DNA of 64,000 nucleotides from Bdellovibrionales bacterium (GTDB lineage Bacteria; Bdellovibrionota; Bdellovibrionia; Bdellovibrionales; JAUICD01): NCBI GenBank assembly GCA_965203275.1, contig OZ241865.1, positions 1,952,001 to 2,016,000 of the forward strand, read 5' to 3'. Shown piece by piece: positions 58,114 to 64,000 of this stretch (position 1 is its first letter; each line of letters starts with the position of its first letter). The notes under the pieces were generated by a model. It saw only the letters and a program-made list of their open reading frames with translations, ran no database searches and was not told where the DNA came from. The position numbers and the translations under genes were made by a program.

Positions 58114-59199
58114 TTAAAAAAGATTTTCATCAGATAAGATATAATTTTCTGGATTGACAGGCAAATCATTTAACCGCACTTCATAATGTAAATGAGGGCC
58201 TGTGGTTCGGCCTGTATTGCCAACAGTGGCAATCACCTCACCTCTAGTGACCTTTTGCCCTATTTTAACAAAAACCTCAGAATTATGACCATATCGAGTC
58301 ACAATACCATATCCATGGTCAATAGAAACAAGCTTTCCATACCCACCATCATAACCTGAATAAGTAACAACACCATGGCCTGTTGCTTTAACAGGTGTCC
58401 CTGGTCTAGCTGCAATGTCTAATCCTTGATGCAGAGAGGGTCTTTGAGTATAAGGTGAAATACGATAACCAAAACGAGAGCTAATCCACCCGTTATGTGT
58501 GATAGGTGCAATAGTAGGTGTTGCCTGTAAGAGGCTATATCTTTGTGAAAGAGCTTCCCATAGCTTCAGTCCATCCTGCCTTTGTAACTTAGAATAATCA
58601 ATAGCCCTATCTAAACGGATATTCAATAAAGCATAGTCTTTTTTATCTTCTACTGTGAGTTGTCCATTTTCTAAATTCAATGGAGGTGACTTAAAAAACA
58701 AAGCATCAGGGTCTTCAGTAGAGGTATCTTTTAGAGAAGGATCTAAATCCTCTTGTATATCAGGTATATCAGAATCAGAACTAAACATCATAGATGAAAT
58801 TTCATTTTCCACTGCATCTATTCCATCATGCAGAGTACCTGGACCTAAGGGACCTATAACTAAGTTATTGTCATCTTGAGCAGAGGGCATCATAATGATT
58901 TTCAGTTTTGTCATGAAAGTACGGAAATACTTCATCTCACCTTCTAAAATATCCATTTTGCCCTTTAAAGAAGCTACCTGCTCTACCATCTGTGTGTTTT
59001 TAACACGTAGTCTTTGATTTTCTGAAGTTTGCATAAGAAGACTTAAATAATCTAAGATGATAGCTGAAAAAAATACAGTTCCTATAACAGCAAAAATACA
59101 AATAGCCTTCAAGTAAGCTGTGGAAATCACAAACTTTCTAGTAATTCCTTTGCGGTCACTCACCATCATAAATGTCATACGTTGATCAGACATAAACAC
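58114..59199 (-). CDS. M23-family metallopeptidase with N-terminal TM and coiled coil
   Basis: SSRFGYR.SP, HQGLDIA, YGK.V.IDHG, TRYGH, TGRTTGPHLHYEV. Confidence 0.93.
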   Translation of the reverse strand: MFMSDQRMTFMMVSDRKGITRKFVISTAYLKAICIFAVIGTVFFSAIILDYLSLLMQTSENQRLRVKNTQMVEQVASLKGKMDILEGEMKYFRTFMTKLKIIMMPSAQDDNNLVIGPLGPGTLHDGIDAVENEISSMMFSSDSDIPDIQEDLDPSLKDTSTEDPDALFFKSPPLNLENGQLTVEDKKDYALLNIRLDRAIDYSKLQRQDGLKLWEALSQRYSLLQATPTIAPITHNGWISSRFGYRISPYTQRPSLHQGLDIAARPGTPVKATGHGVVTYSGYDGGYGKLVSIDHGYGIVTRYGHNSEVFVKIGQKVTRGEVIATVGNTGRTTGPHLHYEVRLNDLPVNPENYILSDENLF

Positions 59200-59318
59200 A
59201 CCTTTCTTCTTTGTAATAACTCCCTTTGTAATAAATATAAAAAAACAAAAATCCCCTTTTCAACTCCATTATACCCTAACCTAAAGAATCAAAAATATCA
59301 AATATAAGCTAGACTTTT

Positions 59319-61487
59319 TTATTTCTGTGAACTTTCTAGGTAAGAATATCCAGAAAGTCCATCTTCATAATTTCTCATCAGTAAGTAGGCATCTGATTTG
59401 TTCATTTTGGCTTTTTCAATACTCCCTTCTATAGATCTTCTCATTTTTTGAATAAGTTCTGTCCTATTATATTGAATGAAATTTAATATTTCCATGACAG
59501 TATCACCTTCTTCAACTTCTTTGAGATGATAGCCATTTTTGCTAATCAATACAGACACAGCATCTGTATCACCAAAAAGATTATGCAAGTCACCTAAGAT
59601 TTCTTGATAAGCTCCTACCAAAAACACCCCAATATAATAAGGTTGCTTTTGTGTGAGTTTGTGTAGCTTCAAGCTGTGGCTAAATTTCCCTTTTTGTATA
59701 AAGCGATCAATTTTGCCATCACAGTCACAGGTCAAATCAGCAAGGACAGCAAATACATCAGGCTTTTCATTTAATCTCTGTACAGGGATCACAGGGAAAA
59801 CATGCTTTGTTGCCCAAGAATCAGGCACAGATTGAAATACACTAAAATTAGTAAAATATAAAGTCATCAAGTCTTGCTTTAAAATCTCTATAATGTCTGA
59901 TTTGTTCTGTTCTTTTGCAAGCTGAACAATTTTTTTATTTAAAAGGTAAATGATTTTTTCTGCAAGTGCTTTTTGTTTTAAATTCAACATACCATAAGTA
60001 AACAGCTGAGGTATATCCATCTTGTATTGTTGAAGATCATTAAAAGACTCAATAAGGTTTTCAGAAGATAGCGTTTCATAAGTTTCATAGAGGTCTTGTA
60101 TAATTAAGGGTTCGTCTTTTTTAACGTCTTCTGTTGTCTCAAGTTTTTTATCAGATGTACTTAATACATCACAAATCAATACAGAATGATGAGCTGTCAT
60201 CATGCGTCCTGACTCAGAAACAATGACAGGATGAGGGACTTTCATTTCATCACAAATGCTTTGAATAATAAATACAACATCATTGGCATATTCTTGCTCG
60301 CTGTAATTGATAGAAGATTCAGAGCTATCATGATCTCCATAATTGACTCCAAGTCCTCCACCTACATCTAAATATTTAATAGGTACGCCTATACGGTGCA
60401 GTTCTGTATAATACCTAGCACCCTCTGTAAGGGCTTTTTTGATAGAGAAAATAGAAGGTATTTGTGAGCCAATATGAAAATGCAATAGCTTTAAACTAGT
60501 CAGTAAGTTTTGATCTTTTAAGGTTTGAATGCACTTAACAATTTCTGCTGATGTGAGGCCAAATTTAGACCTATGTCCTGATGATTGTTTCCATCTCCCA
60601 GAGGCAATAGAATCCATTCTTACTCTGATCCCTATTTGAGGAGTAATATTTAAGTTTTTAGAAACCTCAAAGATTAATTCTAGGTCTTCTATTTTTTCTA
60701 CAACAACAATGGTATTGTGTCCTAGTTTTTGAGATAAAAGAGCTGTTTCTACGTATTTTAAGTCTTTAAAGCCATTACAGATCAGCAATCCATTAGAAGG
60801 ATTCATCATAGCTAGTGCAACTAAAAGTTCTGGCTTACTCCCACACTCAAGTCCTAACTTGTAGGACTTCCCTGATTTCAGAACCTGCTCTACAACATGC
60901 CTTTGTTGATTGACTTTTATAGGATAAACTCCTTGGTACTTATTTTTGTATTCATATTTTTCAATAGCCTCTTGAAAGCATCTATTGATCAGGCGAATCC
61001 TCTCATCCACAATATCCATAAAACGTATCAATATAGGAGTCCGAATGCCTCTTTCCTTAAGGTCTGCCATTAAGTCATAAAGAGCTACTTGCTGTTCTCG
61101 GTGAGATTTTTTAGGATGCACAACCACTTGCCCTTGGGAGTTAATACTAAAATAGCCTCCTCCCCAGTCTTTAATTCCATAGAGATGATTGGCTTGTTGA
61201 ATGCTCCAATCTTGTGAAAATGTTTGTTTTTGAGTGCTATTGTTGCCATTTTCATAAGCTGGCTTTGCTTTTGATTTTTTGGAGGTATGTGCATTGTGAA
61301 ATGTATGAGGATTTTTCAGAGATGAGTTATTTTTATAGGACGAAGACACAACAGTACTTTGATCAGAGTCAGAGGAGGATTGACACTTCTGATGAGGTTC
61401 ATTTGATGCAGGTGCAGAAAAATATTTTAAAAATAAGCTTTTTTTTGACATAACCTCGTATATAACCTTTTTTATTATTATAATCAA
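59319..61487 (-). CDS. speA: Biosynthetic arginine decarboxylase
   Basis: YGI..WG.GYF, VYPIKVNQ, GLECGSKPEL, SKFGL, LHFHIGSQI, DVGGGLGV.Y, ESGR, DLTCD.DG, GAYQEILGDLHNLFG. Start uncertain. Confidence 0.95.
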   Translation of the reverse strand: MIIIIKKVIYEVMSKKSLFLKYFSAPASNEPHQKCQSSSDSDQSTVVSSSYKNNSSLKNPHTFHNAHTSKKSKAKPAYENGNNSTQKQTFSQDWSIQQANHLYGIKDWGGGYFSINSQGQVVVHPKKSHREQQVALYDLMADLKERGIRTPILIRFMDIVDERIRLINRCFQEAIEKYEYKNKYQGVYPIKVNQQRHVVEQVLKSGKSYKLGLECGSKPELLVALAMMNPSNGLLICNGFKDLKYVETALLSQKLGHNTIVVVEKIEDLELIFEVSKNLNITPQIGIRVRMDSIASGRWKQSSGHRSKFGLTSAEIVKCIQTLKDQNLLTSLKLLHFHIGSQIPSIFSIKKALTEGARYYTELHRIGVPIKYLDVGGGLGVNYGDHDSSESSINYSEQEYANDVVFIIQSICDEMKVPHPVIVSESGRMMTAHHSVLICDVLSTSDKKLETTEDVKKDEPLIIQDLYETYETLSSENLIESFNDLQQYKMDIPQLFTYGMLNLKQKALAEKIIYLLNKKIVQLAKEQNKSDIIEILKQDLMTLYFTNFSVFQSVPDSWATKHVFPVIPVQRLNEKPDVFAVLADLTCDCDGKIDRFIQKGKFSHSLKLHKLTQKQPYYIGVFLVGAYQEILGDLHNLFGDTDAVSVLISKNGYHLKEVEEGDTVMEILNFIQYNRTELIQKMRRSIEGSIEKAKMNKSDAYLLMRNYEDGLSGYSYLESSQK

Positions 61488-61629
61488 GAGAATTCGACTT
61501 GACTTTATTCAATTAGGTAGTTTAATTGTAAAAAGTTCTTGTTTTTTAAGATTCTTTTTGAAAAAATTACATAATTTACAGTGCATCTTCTAAAGGGAAT
61601 ATTTAAGGAGACTATTTAAGGAGACAAAT

Positions 61630-62709
61630 ATGGCTACTAAAAAATCTAAAGCAAAAAAAATATCTAAAAAATCTGCCGTTGAAAAAAAGAGGCCTAAAAA
61701 GCCTCAAAAAGCTAAAACAACAAAACCTCACAAAAAATCCTCTGTCAAAAAAGCTTCCTCATCTAAATCTAAATCTAAATCTAATAAGTCTAAGTTTAAT
61801 AAGTCTAAGTCTAATAAGTCTAACAAGTCTAAAAAAACCACTCAAATGGCCAAAAAAAGAGTTCATAAATCAAATACATCTTCTACTGCAAAGAAAAAAT
61901 CTAAGGGTGTAAAGCCTCCACTTAAGAAAAAAGCCTCAAAAAAAGCTCCAACAAAGATTGTTCAAAAAAAGAAAAAGAAATCACCACCTAAATCTCTCGG
62001 GCAAAAATCTCATACATCACATAAGGTAAAGTCTAAAAAGATAACTCAAAAAGCCACCTCATCTTTGAAAAAAAAGAAGCTTCTACAAAAATCAAAGCCT
62101 TCAGCAAAAGACATTCGGAAAAAAACTCCCACATCTCAATCAAAAAAGAAAGTCCTTTTAAAGGCTACAACTCAAAATACTGTGAAGAAAGGCACAGATA
62201 AATCTTCAGTAAAGCTTGCATCCCACAGAAATACACAACCTAAATCTTCAGTAAAACCTGCATCCCACAGAAATACACAGCTTAAATCATTGCATTCTCT
62301 TCAAAAACCATCAAAGAGTTCTGACCCTATTGAGGTAGCGTTTTACAATGAACAGGTGGTTTTAACCAATGCAGAAGGACAAAGATTTTGCCATGAAAGG
62401 AAGTGTGATCAGCCAGCAACTGTAGATATTTATTGTCGCAAACATTATATTGAATTATGGGATATGATTAAACGTAAGGAGGATATTTTAAAGGACGGCA
62501 AGCTTAAGCAGTTTATCAAACAAATAACTGAAAGATATCCTGATAAATTTTTAGAAATGATCCGACGTAACTTAAGTACTGAAAGAGAATTTACAATGAG
62601 TCTGCAAGAATTAGATATTATTGAAGGTAAAAGTACAGAACAAGAACATCATGATCATAAGGATGAATCTCATAAGGATGTACACTTAGATGATGATATT
62701 TCTTTTTGA
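61630..62709 (+). CDS. Lys-rich (histone H1-like) protein with a Cys/His C-terminal domain seen in Bdellovibrionales
   Basis: K/S-rich 230 aa, then LTNAEG..FC....CDQ.A....YCR.HY...W......YPDKFLEMIRR.L. Confidence 0.78.
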   Translation: MATKKSKAKKISKKSAVEKKRPKKPQKAKTTKPHKKSSVKKASSSKSKSKSNKSKFNKSKSNKSNKSKKTTQMAKKRVHKSNTSSTAKKKSKGVKPPLKKKASKKAPTKIVQKKKKKSPPKSLGQKSHTSHKVKSKKITQKATSSLKKKKLLQKSKPSAKDIRKKTPTSQSKKKVLLKATTQNTVKKGTDKSSVKLASHRNTQPKSSVKPASHRNTQLKSLHSLQKPSKSSDPIEVAFYNEQVVLTNAEGQRFCHERKCDQPATVDIYCRKHYIELWDMIKRKEDILKDGKLKQFIKQITERYPDKFLEMIRRNLSTEREFTMSLQELDIIEGKSTEQEHHDHKDESHKDVHLDDDISF

Positions 62710-62757
62710 AAAATAATCTTGAAGTTCAATAGTTTCTAGTAAGCTAGCTCTAGTAAG

Positions 62758-64000
62758 CTAGAGACGAGTTTCAAAACTTAAACCAAAATTTAATTTCTTA
62801 GCTATATCTTTATTTAAACCATAATAAATCCCCGTGCGAAGGCTTATAGGTAAATCATAACCTAAGGTTATATTCCACTTAAGTTCCATACCTATAGAAG
62901 TAAACAAGCGATCCAAATGAGTTTTTGTCCCTCTGTCATCTGGATTTTTTCGATAGTCTCCTTTAAGTATCAAGCTATCCAAAACAAAAACCATATCAGT
63001 ATTTCTAAAAAATAAAGGCATTGTTCCCATCCCTCTATATATATTCAAGAAAGGGAAAGCATACTCTAAATTTAATGAATGCAATTGCCAACCACCAAAA
63101 GTGTCTTCAGGATAGCCTCTTATAAGATGTTTAGGATTTCTTCTCCTCAATGGAATAGAAGTTGTGACGACATAGTTTAATGGATATTGTGTGAAGGTAT
63201 GATCTGTTCGCAAAGAGAACTCATGATATCTCAGGGAAGAGTTTTGTTTTAGGGGTTGCTTCTTTTTTAACATCCATCTTAAGGGACTTGGAAAAGACCA
63301 AACGAGCGAAAAACCTGTTCCGACCTCATTTAATGAGGGGGACTTTTTTAATGAGGGGGACTTTGAGTTAATAACTTGACTAAAATAAAAGGGTTTTGTA
63401 TATTCAATATAAAAATTCTCTGATTTAGAAGACAAAAAAGAAGTATCAGGATGTGTAGCATGATAATAAAGACCTAAATAAGGTCCATGCACATATTGGG
63501 TGTCTACTTCAGGGTGAGCATAAGCAGCTATTGTCAACCTCCATCCTAAGTCAATATCCCAGTAAGTATTAAAAAAATACCTTCTATAAAGAGTAAAATC
63601 TGTTTTATGTCGCATTGATCGCATTGATCTTGTAACGATAGAATCAGCAATGATAGGATTTTTCGATGGTGTGGTCGTATTTGTGTTATTGGTTTCCGTC
63701 GTCGTATTTGTGTTACTGGTTTCTAAAGTGATATTTTGTCTTGTGTAGTTGACCTCAAAATGCCATTGTCTATAGTGGTCATAATTAAAGGTTATATTAG
63801 AGATGCCTCGAAATCTTTCTCCTTCATATCTTTGGTTGTTTCGAAAAAAAGTATACTCAAGTCCTACCCTATATTGATGATGCTCTAAAGGATCAGAACC
63901 CCTCAACGTAACAAGAGATTCTAATCCAGAAGACCGAGAATAAGAAATCCAAGGGAACCAAAAATATGGGAAAAGATAAGACATGCCTTGATATTTCTTT
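62758..64000 (-). CDS. Outer-membrane beta-barrel protein (Omp85/surface-antigen-like C-terminus), 5' part outside the window
   Basis: IRGY motif, LEYAFP, SIGMEL, beta-signal-like end; frame stays open past 63984 to the window edge. Confidence 0.6.
   Translation of the reverse strand, partial: KKYQGMSYLFPYFWFPWISYSRSSGLESLVTLRGSDPLEHHQYRVGLEYTFFRNNQRYEGERFRGISNITFNYDHYRQWHFEVNYTRQNITLETSNTNTTTETNNTNTTTPSKNPIIADSIVTRSMRSMRHKTDFTLYRRYFFNTYWDIDLGWRLTIAAYAHPEVDTQYVHGPYLGLYYHATHPDTSFLSSKSENFYIEYTKPFYFSQVINSKSPSLKKSPSLNEVGTGFSLVWSFPSPLRWMLKKKQPLKQNSSLRYHEFSLRTDHTFTQYPLNYVVTTSIPLRRRNPKHLIRGYPEDTFGGWQLHSLNLEYAFPFLNIYRGMGTMPLFFRNTDMVFVLDSLILKGDYRKNPDDRGTKTHLDRLFTSIGMELKWNITLGYDLPISLRTGIYYGLNKDIAKKLNFGLSFETRL

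Overview
AT-rich bacterial chromosome segment, most likely from a Bdellovibrionota (Bdellovibrionales-like) organism. This is inferred from the Lys-rich protein with a Bdellovibrio-type C-terminal domain, the DUF1844-DegP pair, the M23 peptidase, the FNNC-type lipoprotein signal and the many orphan secreted proteins; the ankyrin expansion hints at a host-associated lifestyle. Core genes: meaB (partial), rpoN, degP-like, a sigma-54 activator with a histidine kinase, uvrC, speA, nspC, tRNA-Ala(TGC) and tRNA-Ile2/Met(CAT). Accessory content: (i) a defence island at about 6.5-19.1 kb with two orphan MTases, decayed type I RM with HEPN/MNT modules, an OLD-nuclease + UvrD (Gabija-like) pair, DUF4145 and an NDT/TIR-like effector that shares a near-identical N-terminal domain with the OLD protein; (ii) an intact type II-C CRISPR-Cas9 locus (tracrRNA, cas9, cas1, cas2, 9 repeats) bracketed by ~88-bp direct repeats; (iii) families of secreted repeat proteins (ankyrin, hexapeptide, and one with 10 tandem HTH-like repeats). 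The most striking unexplained signal is a family of intergenic elements in about 10 clusters (~18 near-complete junction units). Their stems change sequence from copy to copy with compensatory substitutions while loops (CAGAG, GNNA) stay fixed, which points to a selected single-stranded fold that is mobile and nests into itself. All calls are by eye; no database searches or folding computations were run.
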